Shown in pieces: positions 40,254 to 49,277 of a stretch of DNA of 64,000 nucleotides. The stretch lies in the IMG/VR virus record IMGVR_UViG_3300032218_002424, positions 32,001 through 96,000 of that record; one strand, written 5' to 3'. Numbering within the stretch: the first letter of the stretch is position 1; the number at the start of each line of letters is the position of its first letter. A program made the translations under genes and the position numbers. Under the pieces are notes generated by a model that was given only the letters and a program-made list of their open reading frames with translations, ran no database searches and was not told the DNA's origin. The DNA is from a virus. Lineage: Duplodnaviria; Caudoviricetes.

Positions 40254-40587
40254 CACAATCATGGAGTTCGGGCTTGATGCATTTGCAGCAAGCTTGCATG
40301 AGTCTGCTATTGAAAAGGGTTTTTGGGAAGGCGAAACAACATTTGATAAGCTAGGAAATAAACTTGCTTTAGTACATTCAGAAGTTACAGAAGTTTTAGA
40401 GGCTTTAAGAAAAGATAAAGGAAGCCACGAAATTACAGAAGAAATTGCTGACGTTATTATTAGATTGTTAGATGTTTATGCAGCAATGAGAAATGCTGGA
40501 TTGGTTGAAGATTCATTAGATGATGTTCTAGATTTTAAAATTAATAAAAATAAAAACCGTCCAAGGCTTCACGGCAATTTGTTTTAA
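40183..40587 (+). CDS. MazG-like NTP pyrophosphohydrolase
   Basis: EVTEVLEALRK...EEIADVIIRLLD...K..KN..R; start may be 40183 or 40261. Confidence 0.85.
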   Translation: MGAITTNNFRVQANSEKTTETASSTIMEFGLDAFAASLHESAIEKGFWEGETTFDKLGNKLALVHSEVTEVLEALRKDKGSHEITEEIADVIIRLLDVYAAMRNAGLVEDSLDDVLDFKINKNKNRPRLHGNLF

Positions 40588-40617
40588 TGCTATACTAAAG
40601 AAAAGAAAAGAGTTCAT

Positions 40618-41616
40618 ATGAACATAGAAGATATTTTATCTAATTTAGATCCTAAAACTAGAAAAAGAGTTCAGTCTGCAGTTGATGTAAAAGTTGATAA
40701 GCAACTTACACCAAGTGTTGGATTGAATATGGCATTAAAAGGCGGACTTGGATATGGTCGTCAAGTCCTTGTATGGGGCAACAAGTCAGCAGGAAAATCT
40801 TCGTTTTGTTTGCAGATGATTGCATTAGCACAACAAGAAGGCAAGACCTGTGCTTGGATTGATGCTGAAGCATCTTACGATCAATCATGGGCAGAATCAT
40901 TGGGAGTAGATTCAACTTCTCTTATTTATTCTCCAGCAAAAACTGTAAATGATATGGTTGATGTTGCTACAAAGCTTATGGAGGCGGGAGTAGATTTAAT
41001 TGTTGTTGATTCCATCTCAGCACTTCTTCCAGCTATCTACTTTGAAAAAGATGGAAATGAAATGAAAGATTTGCAAGACACCAAGCAAATCGGAGCAGAA
41101 GCAAAGGATATGACCCATGCGGTCAAGATGTTAAATTATGCAAACAAAAACACATTACTTGTTCTCATCTCACAACAACGAAATCAGTTTGGATCTATGC
41201 ATGCTTCGCACATCCCCACGGGTGGAATGGCAGTCAAGTTCTTTTCCTCAACAGTCATTAAACTTTGGTCGTCAGAAGCTGAAGCTAATGCTATTAAAGC
41301 TGGCATTAAAGTTGGCGACAAGATTATCGAACAAAGAGTCGGAAGACCAGTTAACTGGATTATTGATTACAACAAACTCGGCCCCCCTAATCTATCAGGA
41401 CAATATGACTTTTACTACCAAGGGGACTCTTTGGGTGTAGATAGTGTTGGAGAAACATTAGATGTCTCTGAAATGATGGGCATTGTTCAAAAGGGCGGTG
41501 CATGGTACACAATTGGAGAAGAAAGATTCCAAGGTCGTGCTAAAGCAGTAGAATATCTTCGTGAAAATCCAGAGGTAGTTGGAAAGCTTAAGGAGGAAAT
41601 TCATGTCAGATCTTAA
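40618..41616 (+). CDS. recA: RecA/UvsX-like recombinase
   Basis: GNKSAGKS, WIDAE, VVDSI, SQQR, TGG..VKF, GAWY. Confidence 0.92.
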   Translation: MNIEDILSNLDPKTRKRVQSAVDVKVDKQLTPSVGLNMALKGGLGYGRQVLVWGNKSAGKSSFCLQMIALAQQEGKTCAWIDAEASYDQSWAESLGVDSTSLIYSPAKTVNDMVDVATKLMEAGVDLIVVDSISALLPAIYFEKDGNEMKDLQDTKQIGAEAKDMTHAVKMLNYANKNTLLVLISQQRNQFGSMHASHIPTGGMAVKFFSSTVIKLWSSEAEANAIKAGIKVGDKIIEQRVGRPVNWIIDYNKLGPPNLSGQYDFYYQGDSLGVDSVGETLDVSEMMGIVQKGGAWYTIGEERFQGRAKAVEYLRENPEVVGKLKEEIHVRS

Positions 41617-41803
41617 TAATTTGTTGAGTCAAGTTAAGGGCAAAAACATAAAGAACGAGCAAGAAGTTGTTCCTGTATATGGTGGTTCATTTTTATGTCA
41701 GGAATGTGAAGAAGAAGTAAATAATGCTTCACACTATGTAAAAGAAGAAAAATTAAAATGGACCTGTACAAAAGGTCATCTTTCTTCAGTAAAGTTTAAA
41801 TAA
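41603..41803 (+). CDS. Small zinc-binding protein
   Basis: CQEC...C..GH; SD AGGAGG before ATG 41603. Confidence 0.65.
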   Translation: MSDLNNLLSQVKGKNIKNEQEVVPVYGGSFLCQECEEEVNNASHYVKEEKLKWTCTKGHLSSVKFK

Positions 41804-42108
41804 TGTCTGAGCGTTCTGAAATTAAAAGAGATGGTGCAAAGGCACAGAAAAATTCTGGGCGTGGGGACTATCAAAAGGGTGACGCACAATGGAAGAAGTT
41901 CCTTGTTGATTATAAAGAAGCATCTAAATCTTTTAACTTAAATAAGCCAGTATGGTCTAAAATTTGTACTGATACCTTTAAGGTTAGCAGAGATAAACAC
42001 CCAGCCTTAAAGATAATTATTGGAGAAGAATCCAAGGTCAGACTTGGTATTATTGAATGGTCTATTCTAGAAGAATTGATTGAATGCTGGGAGGAAAATC
42101 ATGAGTGA
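41803..42108 (+). CDS. PD-(D/E)xK nuclease, Holliday-junction resolvase-like
   Basis: E...NSG...KGD...VDYK pattern. Confidence 0.65.
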   Translation: MSERSEIKRDGAKAQKNSGRGDYQKGDAQWKKFLVDYKEASKSFNLNKPVWSKICTDTFKVSRDKHPALKIIIGEESKVRLGIIEWSILEELIECWEENHE

Positions 42109-42436
42109 TAAAAGCACACTAGAACTAATTAGTGAAATTACTGAGTTTAACGATATGCATGAGTTTATGTCTGATGAGCAATTAGACAGAGCTCTTGCAA
42201 TTCTGGTAAAATTGATTATGAACCCAGATGTTCCATCAGCAAAAGCACCTATGCTTATTATTGAGTTACAGGCTATCAGTGCAAAGCTTGCTATTTTAGC
42301 ATCTTACTACGCTACTTTTGCAAAAGACAAAGCTGGAACCATGAATAATAATAAAAAGAATGTTTATTATTCTGTAAAAGAAGCATTGGATAGACTTGTG
42401 GATGCCTTAAAGTACGCTGCAAGACATAGTTATTAA
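42101..42436 (+). CDS. Hypothetical helical protein
   Basis: SD GGAGG before ATG 42101. Confidence 0.6.
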   Translation: MSDKSTLELISEITEFNDMHEFMSDEQLDRALAILVKLIMNPDVPSAKAPMLIIELQAISAKLAILASYYATFAKDKAGTMNNNKKNVYYSVKEALDRLVDALKYAARHSY

Positions 42437-42443
42437 GGAAAAA

Positions 42444-43232
42444 ATGGCAAAAGGAATTGTAAATAATTTAAAGTTTAGAAAGTATTCTGGCAAGTTTGAT
42501 GCAGAACTTTTTTCACAAAGACTTGAGGATGCCTATCTTGCAACTAAACGTGCTGATGGAGAGATGACAAAGTATTCGTTTAGTCCAAGTACAATTGGTT
42601 ATGGACATGGAAACTGCCCAAGATATTGGTACATGGCATTTAGTGGTGCAGATTTTGTTGACGACAACAAAGCACAAGCAGTTGCTAATATGGCACAAGG
42701 AACTCAAGCTCACGAACGTTTACAAAAACTTATTGCAACAATGCCAGAGTTTGTTGAAGAAGAACGTGAAATTAAAAATGAATATCCACCTATTCGTGGT
42801 TTCATTGATCTTGTAATGAACTATGATGGCGAAACAGTTATCGGTGAAATTAAAACTGCCAAGCAAGAAGTTTGGGATACAAGACAATCTGAAATGAAAT
42901 CTTCAGCAAACCACATGCTTCAATTACTTACTTATATGAAGTTAACTGGTGCTAAAGAAGGATTCTTTTTGTATGAAAATAAAAATACTCAAGAACTTCT
43001 GGTCATACCAATTAGCATGAATGAAAGAAACCAAAAGATAATTGATGACACTTTTGAATGGTTATGTAAAGTTTGGGATAATTTTAAAGAGGGAGATCTT
43101 CCAGTAAGACCAGAAGGTGCAGTTAAAACTAAATCTCCATGCACATATTGTCCAATCAAAAAAGCTTGTTGGTCTAAAACAGCTGATGAAGGATCCGTGG
43201 AAATAGAAATGTTTAAGGTACCACTTATATGA
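42444..43232 (+). CDS. Cas4-family (RecB-like) exonuclease
   Basis: CPR, GT..H, GFID, EIKT, QL..Y, CxxCx5C Fe-S pattern; no CRISPR nearby. Confidence 0.85.
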   Translation: MAKGIVNNLKFRKYSGKFDAELFSQRLEDAYLATKRADGEMTKYSFSPSTIGYGHGNCPRYWYMAFSGADFVDDNKAQAVANMAQGTQAHERLQKLIATMPEFVEEEREIKNEYPPIRGFIDLVMNYDGETVIGEIKTAKQEVWDTRQSEMKSSANHMLQLLTYMKLTGAKEGFFLYENKNTQELLVIPISMNERNQKIIDDTFEWLCKVWDNFKEGDLPVRPEGAVKTKSPCTYCPIKKACWSKTADEGSVEIEMFKVPLI

Positions 43233-43504
43233 TTTGTGCAAACTCAGACTGCAAGCAAAAGTTTAATGCAAAAACTCATAATCAAAAATACTGCTCTGAC
43301 GAATGTTGTCGTATTGCAACTAATCGTAGGATTATGGAAAAATATTATGAAAAGAAAGCCATCAGAAATGGTGCCATAAGACATTGTAAATGCGGAGGCG
43401 AATTGAGTAGGTATAGCGAATCAAAGATATGCACAAGTTGCATATCTAAAAATAAGATAGAGACTAGAAAAAGTCTTCTGGAGATGCTTGATGGGATTAG
43501 CTAG
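43229..43504 (+). CDS. Cys-rich zinc-finger protein
   Basis: C..C, YCSDEC, CKC, CTSC. Confidence 0.65.
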   Translation: MICANSDCKQKFNAKTHNQKYCSDECCRIATNRRIMEKYYEKKAIRNGAIRHCKCGGELSRYSESKICTSCISKNKIETRKSLLEMLDGIS

Positions 43505-44057
43505 TTTAGTTAAAAGCAAAGCAATAAAAGTTCTGGGTATAGATGCCTCAACAAATTCAATAGCATTTTGTCTTATGGACAATGATGTTCCAGTAAAATG
43601 GGGAAAAATAGAATTAAAAGGCATGGATATTTATGAAAAGATGTACGATGCTAAAATAAAGACTAATGCAATGCTAAAGGAATTGGCTGCAGACTATATT
43701 GTTGTAGAAGGGGCTGTGCTTGTCAGATCTCCAGATGCTGTGATAAAATTGTCTTATGTTTATGGAGTTGTTATTGCTGAGCTTATGTCCACTGGTGCCA
43801 GTGTTATTACTATATCTCCTACTTCTTGGCAGGCATATATCGGAAATAAAAACCCGACGAAAGCTGAAAAAGAAGAAATAAGAAAAAAGCATCCAGGTTA
43901 TGCAGATTCATGGTATAAAAATCAAATAAGAAATATGAGAAAGCAAAGAACTGCTGACTATTTTAATAATAAGTACGGCATCAAAGTTGTTGATTTTGAT
44001 GTTGCAGATAGCTTTGGTATTGCACATTATGGAAATCAGGTATTAACAGAACGATGA
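43491..44057 (+). CDS. RuvC-like resolvase
   Basis: LGIDAS, VVEG, P..W, K, DVADS. Confidence 0.82.
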   Translation: MGLASLVKSKAIKVLGIDASTNSIAFCLMDNDVPVKWGKIELKGMDIYEKMYDAKIKTNAMLKELAADYIVVEGAVLVRSPDAVIKLSYVYGVVIAELMSTGASVITISPTSWQAYIGNKNPTKAEKEEIRKKHPGYADSWYKNQIRNMRKQRTADYFNNKYGIKVVDFDVADSFGIAHYGNQVLTER

Positions 44058-44200
44058 AACTATATCAAAGTAAAGAGTGGTTATTTAGAAGGTATGCGGT
44101 ACAAAAGAAAACGGTAACAGAAATAGCTAAAGAGTGTGGAGTCTCTGCAATGACCATACAGAGATATTTAGAACAGTTTGGATTGATTAAAAAACGATGA
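44054..44200 (+). CDS. 48-aa HTH DNA-binding protein (absent from the ORF track)
   Basis: MKLYQSKEWLFRRYAVQKKTVTEIAKECGVSAMTIQRYLEQFGLIKKR; ATGA-coupled at both ends. Confidence 0.8.
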   Translation: MKLYQSKEWLFRRYAVQKKTVTEIAKECGVSAMTIQRYLEQFGLIKKR

Positions 44201-44748
44201 GTAAAGACGTGTGGCTAAATGCCAACAAAGAAACAGCAGGAGATTTAATACTTACTGGATATAATGGTCCACTGCACGAAATGCCAGTATACGATAATGT
44301 TAGATCTTTGTTTGGCAAAGGTTCAATAGCATTAGATTTTGGTTGCGGAGTTGGGAGAAACTCTGTAGCTTTATCAGACACATATGATAAAGTTATTTCT
44401 TTTGATTTACCAAGTATGATTGGTTTGGTTCCAGAAGATAATAAGTTAAGTAATATAGAATATACAACCGATTGGGATTATGTAAAGTCTTTTAAAGTTG
44501 ATACCGTATTAGCAAGTCTTGTTTTTCAACATATATCAGATTCAGAACTAGATTCTTATTTAAAAGATTTGTCTCAAATGGCGGATAGATTAATCCTTCA
44601 TAGCAGAACATGGATTGATCATTCAGCATCACAGGTATTGCCAATTGTAGAACAATATTTTACAATTGATACAATTGAATATACAAAAGACCCAAATAAT
44701 CCAGTTGAGGATCATTTTATTGCAACATTAAACAAGAAGGTAGACTAA
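44197..44748 (+). CDS. Class I SAM-dependent methyltransferase
   Basis: ALDFGCGVGRN motif I; VLASLVFQHI; no DPPY/NPPY/PC DNA-methyltransferase motif. Confidence 0.8.
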   Translation: MSKDVWLNANKETAGDLILTGYNGPLHEMPVYDNVRSLFGKGSIALDFGCGVGRNSVALSDTYDKVISFDLPSMIGLVPEDNKLSNIEYTTDWDYVKSFKVDTVLASLVFQHISDSELDSYLKDLSQMADRLILHSRTWIDHSASQVLPIVEQYFTIDTIEYTKDPNNPVEDHFIATLNKKVD

Positions 44749-45071
44749 TGTTAAAGCCAGTATTTGAAGATGCAAAAGAATTTTCATGTAGGGATTTATA
44801 CTTGCATTCAGTTAGTGCCCCTTCAGGAAGTAAAATATGGTCAGCATGCCATGAAGTAGCTCACCTTCTTATTGAAAAAAATATATCTTATGGAGATTCA
44901 GCATTAAACCCTGCAAGGATATTTTCACAGGCGGATTCAACAGAACAATTAAAGGTTCGCATTGATGACAAGCTTAATAGAGTTATAAATAATCAAGGAT
45001 ATGCTGGAGATAACGATATTGATGATTTGATTGGCTATTTAATCTTGTTTAAAATTGCCTTACAGAATTGA
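44748..45071 (+). CDS. DUF1599/Nmad-like nucleotide-modification-associated protein
   Basis: KNISYGDS...RIDDKLNR...DLIGYL pattern. Confidence 0.65.
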   Translation: MLKPVFEDAKEFSCRDLYLHSVSAPSGSKIWSACHEVAHLLIEKNISYGDSALNPARIFSQADSTEQLKVRIDDKLNRVINNQGYAGDNDIDDLIGYLILFKIALQN

Positions 45072-45096
45072 CATTTTAGTCGACTAAAAGTATAAT
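45068..45096 (+). promoter_or_regulatory. Consensus SigA promoter of the terminase operon with a palindromic spacer
   Basis: TTGACA, 17 bp, TATAAT; the spacer contains the perfect palindrome TTTTAGTCGACTAAAA (45074-45089); ATG 7 nt after the -10. Confidence 0.85.
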
Positions 45097-45103
45097 ATAC
45101 TAT

Positions 45104-45640
45104 ATGAGTGAAATAGAATTAGCTGACCATTTTGATCGCATGAATAAGGTCATTACAGAGTCGCTAAAAGGTAGCAACCCAACTCAAATTGCATCTATAA
45201 CTGGCATCAAAAGAGCAGAAGTCCTAGATCTTATTGAAGAGTGGAAGGGCGTTGTCAAAAACGATTCCAGCATAAGAGATAGAGCCAAGGAAGCCTTAGT
45301 AGGTGCAGACGAACATTATAATATGCTTATTAAAGAGGCCTGGAGAACTGTAGAGCAGGCGGATGTTCAAGATGCTCTTAATGTTAAATCTTCAACCTTA
45401 AAGCTTATTGCTGATATTGAAGCCAAAAGAATTGGCATGCTTCAAGCAGTAGGTGTTCTCGAAAATACAGAAATAGCAACTCAAATTGCTGAAACAGAAC
45501 GCAAGCAAGAGATCCTCGTAAAAATATTAAAAGAGGTAACATCTTCATGCCCCAAGTGTAAGATGGATGTAGCAAAAAGATTGTCACAAATTACTGGAGT
45601 AGTCGAGCCAGTTGTGATTGAGGAAGCTAGTGGAATTTGA
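45104..45640 (+). CDS. Probable terminase small subunit (HTH plus coiled coil)
   Basis: KGSNPTQIASITGIKRAEV HTH; directly upstream of TerL. Confidence 0.6.
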   Translation: MSEIELADHFDRMNKVITESLKGSNPTQIASITGIKRAEVLDLIEEWKGVVKNDSSIRDRAKEALVGADEHYNMLIKEAWRTVEQADVQDALNVKSSTLKLIADIEAKRIGMLQAVGVLENTEIATQIAETERKQEILVKILKEVTSSCPKCKMDVAKRLSQITGVVEPVVIEEASGI

Positions 45641-47426
45641 TTTTAATGATCTTATTGATATGCTGGATGGCGAAGAGTTTGAAGAACGTCCAGTTGACCT
45701 ACGTACATTTGTAACTAGCCCAGAGTATTTAGGTCTGCCACCACTTTCTGATCTTCAATATACTCTTATTGAAAAATCTTCTCAAATTTATAAAGAATCA
45801 ACATTGATTAAGTTATTTGGTGAAGAAGAGGGAAGACGTAGATTTAAACAAACTTGTAATGAAGTTATTGCTCAATTGGGTAAAGGTTCTGGCAAGGACT
45901 ATTCTTCTACTATTTCTACAGCTTATATAGTTTATCTTTTGCTATGCTTAAAAGATCCAGCCACATACTATGGCAAGCCTCCTGGGGATTCAATTGATAT
46001 CCTTAACATTGCTATTAATGCTCAACAGGCAAACAATGTTTTCTTTAAGGGATTTAAAACTCGCATTGATAGGTCTCCTTGGTTTGCAGGGAAGTATGAA
46101 TCAAAGGCTTCTGAAATGAAATTTGATAAAGCAATTACAGTTCACTCAGGTCACTCAGAAAGAGAAGCTTGGGAAGGTTATAACGTAATTATTGTTATCC
46201 TTGATGAAATTTCAGGTTTTGCTATTGAAAATACAACTGGTCACGATCAGGCTAAAACTGCTGATGCTTTATACGATATGTATCGTGCATCGGTCATGTC
46301 TCGTTTCCCAGACTTTGGTAAAGTTATACTACTTTCTTTTCCAAGATTTAAAAATGATCCAATTCAAAAGTTTTATGAGTCTGTAATTGGTGAAAAAGAA
46401 ACTGTTGTAAGAAGTAAAGTTTTAAAGATGGATGACGATTTGCCAGATGGAACAGAAGGTAATGAGATAACAGTAGAGTGGGAAGAAGATAATATTATTT
46501 CCTACCTGTATCCAAAAACATATGCTTTAAAGCGTCCAACATGGGAAGTTAATCCAACTAAAAAGATTGAAGATTTTAAGGTAGATTTTTATAAAAATAT
46601 GCCAGATGCATTAGGTAGATTTGCTTGTATGCCATCAGATGCAGTTGATGCATTCTTTAAGTCTAGAGAAAAAGTTGAAGCAGCTTTTAGTAATTCTGGA
46701 ATAGCGGTTGATCAATTTGGAAGACTTGAAACTTGGTTTAAGCCACAGGAAGATGTTGACTATTATATCCACGTAGACCTTGCTCAAAAGCATGACCATT
46801 GTGCAGTATCTATGGCACATGTTAAAGACTGGGTTAATGTTAAAGTTACAAATGAATATTCTCAACCTGCTCCAGTTGTTGAAGTAGATTCTGTAATGTA
46901 TTGGACCCCAACAGCAGATAAATCTGTTGACTTTACTGAAGTTAAAGATTATATTCTTTCTTTAAAGAGTGCTGGATTTAATATAAGGTTGTGTACATTT
47001 GACCGTTGGAATTCACACGATATGATGCAACAACTAAAACAATATAATATTAATACCGAGATCCTTTCTGTTGCAAAGAAACATTACGATGACTTTGCAA
47101 TGGTGGTATTAGAAGAAAGAGTAAAGGGTCCACATATAAAGCTTTTAATTGATGAGTTGCTTCAATTAAGAATCATGAGGGATAAGGTAGATCACCCTAG
47201 AAAAGGATCTAAAGACCTTGCAGATGCTGTTTGTGGTTCAATCTACAATGCAATTGCAAAGTCTTTAATTCCTACGGATAGGGAGATTAAAGTTCATACT
47301 TATGAATCAATGAGTTACGAAGCAGACTTTGGGCCAAATAAAGAGGAATCATATAACCTAATTAAACCTCCAAAAAATATGCCAAATGATCTGCAAGATG
47401 CAATAGATAGGATGCTTATGCTATGA
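45630..47426 (+). CDS. Terminase large subunit
   Basis: Walker A GKGSGKD, Walker B VILDE, nuclease HVDLA, FDRW and KDLADA; GTG start after GAGGA. Confidence 0.9.
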   Translation: MEFDFNDLIDMLDGEEFEERPVDLRTFVTSPEYLGLPPLSDLQYTLIEKSSQIYKESTLIKLFGEEEGRRRFKQTCNEVIAQLGKGSGKDYSSTISTAYIVYLLLCLKDPATYYGKPPGDSIDILNIAINAQQANNVFFKGFKTRIDRSPWFAGKYESKASEMKFDKAITVHSGHSEREAWEGYNVIIVILDEISGFAIENTTGHDQAKTADALYDMYRASVMSRFPDFGKVILLSFPRFKNDPIQKFYESVIGEKETVVRSKVLKMDDDLPDGTEGNEITVEWEEDNIISYLYPKTYALKRPTWEVNPTKKIEDFKVDFYKNMPDALGRFACMPSDAVDAFFKSREKVEAAFSNSGIAVDQFGRLETWFKPQEDVDYYIHVDLAQKHDHCAVSMAHVKDWVNVKVTNEYSQPAPVVEVDSVMYWTPTADKSVDFTEVKDYILSLKSAGFNIRLCTFDRWNSHDMMQQLKQYNINTEILSVAKKHYDDFAMVVLEERVKGPHIKLLIDELLQLRIMRDKVDHPRKGSKDLADAVCGSIYNAIAKSLIPTDREIKVHTYESMSYEADFGPNKEESYNLIKPPKNMPNDLQDAIDRMLML

Positions 47427-47671
47427 ACCAATATCAGGAGAGAGCAAAAGAATGCAAGTGTTGTGGAAAGCATGTGCCAATGCCAACTGTTTTACGTGAC
47501 TACAATGGCATAATGGTCTGCCCAACAACATATGCAAATGCAATAGAGTATACTAGGATATGGAAGCAAATTGGTTCCCGTCCTACAGGTAGTATCAGAA
47601 AACATTTTTCTGAATATGTTCAGCAACTTGTAGAAGATACTATTGACAAAAACAGTGACGGGCAACTATAA
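47423..47671 (+). CDS. Small Cys-containing hypothetical protein
   Basis: CKCC...CPT; ATGA coupling. Confidence 0.55.
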   Translation: MNQYQERAKECKCCGKHVPMPTVLRDYNGIMVCPTTYANAIEYTRIWKQIGSRPTGSIRKHFSEYVQQLVEDTIDKNSDGQL

Positions 47672-47681
47672 TTAACCAACT

Positions 47682-47755
47682 GTGGTAGTAGCTTAGTTGG
47701 TTAAAGCCCCGAACTCATAATTCGGTAATCGTAGGTTCAAGTCCTACCTGCCGCA
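47682..47755 (+). tRNA. tRNA-CAT (elongator Met or Ile2)
   Basis: Cloverleaf; anticodon arm CCGAA-CTCATAA-TTCGG; T arm GTAGG-TTCAAGT-CCTAC; own TTGACA (47643)/TATAAT (47667) promoter; lacks initiator features. Confidence 0.9.
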
Positions 47756-47768
47756 CAAGGAGAAAGAG

Positions 47769-48083
47769 ATGGATGAAGAAATGTCAGAACTAGATCATTA
47801 TATTGAGATAGGTGCTATAGAGGTAGTCGGTGTTGACGAAACTGGCGAGTTTATTCTTGGCATTACAGAAAGAGCCAAAGATCTTGCTCCAGATTTGTGG
47901 GCAGCACATGTTGAGCATGTTGATGAGACTTTGTTAGGATTATATGAGGCTGGAATGCTTAATGTAGACTATAACGAAGACCTAGAAGCAATCTTTACTT
48001 TGTCCGAAGAAGGTTTGCAAGTAGCCAAAGAGCACGGGCTTATGCCGCTTGAAATTAACGAAGAAGAAATACCAAATAATTAG
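47769..48083 (+). CDS. Acidic hypothetical protein
   Basis: SD AAGGAG; 104 aa. Confidence 0.6.
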   Translation: MDEEMSELDHYIEIGAIEVVGVDETGEFILGITERAKDLAPDLWAAHVEHVDETLLGLYEAGMLNVDYNEDLEAIFTLSEEGLQVAKEHGLMPLEINEEEIPNN

Positions 48084-48088
48084 GAGAT

Positions 48089-48538
48089 ATGATGCAAGAA
48101 TTAATTGATGCATTGCGATTAGTGCAAGCAAATGTAGTAGTAATGTATAGCAAGGCACACGGATATCATTGGAATGTAGAAGGAATCTTGTTTAAGCAGT
48201 TCCATGCATTCTTTTTAGAAATCTACGAAGATGTATATGAATCTTTAGATACATTTTCAGAGCTTTTAAGAAAGTTTGGTCAGGTAGCACCATATAAGCT
48301 TGCAGACTGGATGAACAATTCAAATATGGCATACGAAGATGTGCCATACACAGCAATTCCTTTGCTTCAAAGTTTAGAAGCAACAAACCTAGTAATGCTT
48401 GCATCTTTAAAAGATGCATTTGATAAAGCTAATGCAATTGATGAGCAGGGTGCTGCAAACTTTATTGCAGAAAGAATTGATCAACATCAATTCTGGGATT
48501 GGCAAATTAAGGCAAGTTTAAAGACTACCTTATCATAA
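48089..48538 (+). CDS. dps: Dps/ferritin-like protein
   Basis: HGYHWNVEG..F...H.FF.E.Y...D.F.E ferroxidase signature. Confidence 0.9.
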   Translation: MMQELIDALRLVQANVVVMYSKAHGYHWNVEGILFKQFHAFFLEIYEDVYESLDTFSELLRKFGQVAPYKLADWMNNSNMAYEDVPYTAIPLLQSLEATNLVMLASLKDAFDKANAIDEQGAANFIAERIDQHQFWDWQIKASLKTTLS

Positions 48539-48557
48539 TTAAATAAGTAATATAATT

Positions 48558-48618
48558 ATCCTGTAGGTGCTAACCCCCCTACGCATTCGGGTCGCTACCT
48601 TGGGATGATTGTGGTTAC
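48558..48618 (+). ncRNA. Candidate structured RNA of unknown class
   Basis: GC-rich non-coding island; AUCCU/GGGAU, AGGU/ACCU and CCC/GGG nested stems; alternative GUAGG/CCUAC and UAACC/GGUUA pairings. Confidence 0.45.
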
Positions 48619-48646
48619 GTAAAGGCTAAGGAAACTTAGCCTTTAC
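48619..48646 (+). terminator. 12-bp GAAA hairpin (terminator or processing stem) 4 nt before tRNA-Arg
   Basis: GTAAAGGCTAAG-GAAA-CTTAGCCTTTAC. Confidence 0.65.
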
Positions 48647-48650
48647 TTAT

Positions 48651-48723
48651 GCCTTCGTAGCTCAGGGGATAGAGCGAGACTCTTCTAAGGTCTGCGTCGC
48701 AGGTTCGATTCCTGCCGAGGGCA
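48651..48723 (+). tRNA. tRNA-Arg(TCT)
   Basis: Cloverleaf; AGACT-CTTCTAA-GGTCT; GCAGG-TTCGATT-CCTGC. Confidence 0.93.
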
Positions 48724-48767
48724 CAAAATGCTATAATAATAATGTAAGCCAGAAAAGGAGAATATAA

Positions 48768-49277
48768 ATGGCAGAAGATACAAGAAATCCAAATGCAGTA
48801 AAAGTTTTAGCTGCAGCAAAAAAGTTTGTAGATCAAGGTTACAGAGAAGGCGAAAACAATGACACAATTATGGGTAAGTGGTTTGGATTAAATCATCAAC
48901 CATGGTGTGCAATGTTTGTCTCATACTGTTTCAATGAAGCGGGATTAGTCAACCTTGTTGCAGCACAGGGACCAAAGGGATTTGCATCATGCAACGCTGG
49001 TGTAAAATGGTTTGGAAAGAACGGACAACTTGTTCCAGTCGGACAAGCACAACCAGGAGATATCGTATTTTTTAATTTTGATGCAGATGCAACAACAGCA
49101 GAGCACGTAGGAATTGTTTACGCTAATGATCCAGCAAAGCATGTACTAACAACTTTTGAGGGAAATACTAGCGGAGATGTTAAGGGATCACAAGCAAATG
49201 GCGACGGTGCCTTCAAGAAGTCTCGTAACTACGGTTTAGTTATGGCAATTGCTCGTCCAAAGTGGCCAACTAAGTAA
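48768..49277 (+). CDS. CHAP-domain endolysin
   Basis: PWCAMFVS (catalytic Cys), PGDIVFF, HVGIV (His), EGNT. Confidence 0.87.
   Translation: MAEDTRNPNAVKVLAAAKKFVDQGYREGENNDTIMGKWFGLNHQPWCAMFVSYCFNEAGLVNLVAAQGPKGFASCNAGVKWFGKNGQLVPVGQAQPGDIVFFNFDADATTAEHVGIVYANDPAKHVLTTFEGNTSGDVKGSQANGDGAFKKSRNYGLVMAIARPKWPTK

Noticed and set aside
42444-43232. Cas4 as a sign of a CRISPR-Cas system
   Set aside because: No repeat-spacer array or other cas genes; solo Cas4 is common in phage recombination modules.
36497-47426. Inteins or introns in DnaE, RecA or TerL
   Set aside because: Lengths are normal, motifs are contiguous, and no splice-junction or homing-endonuclease motifs are seen.
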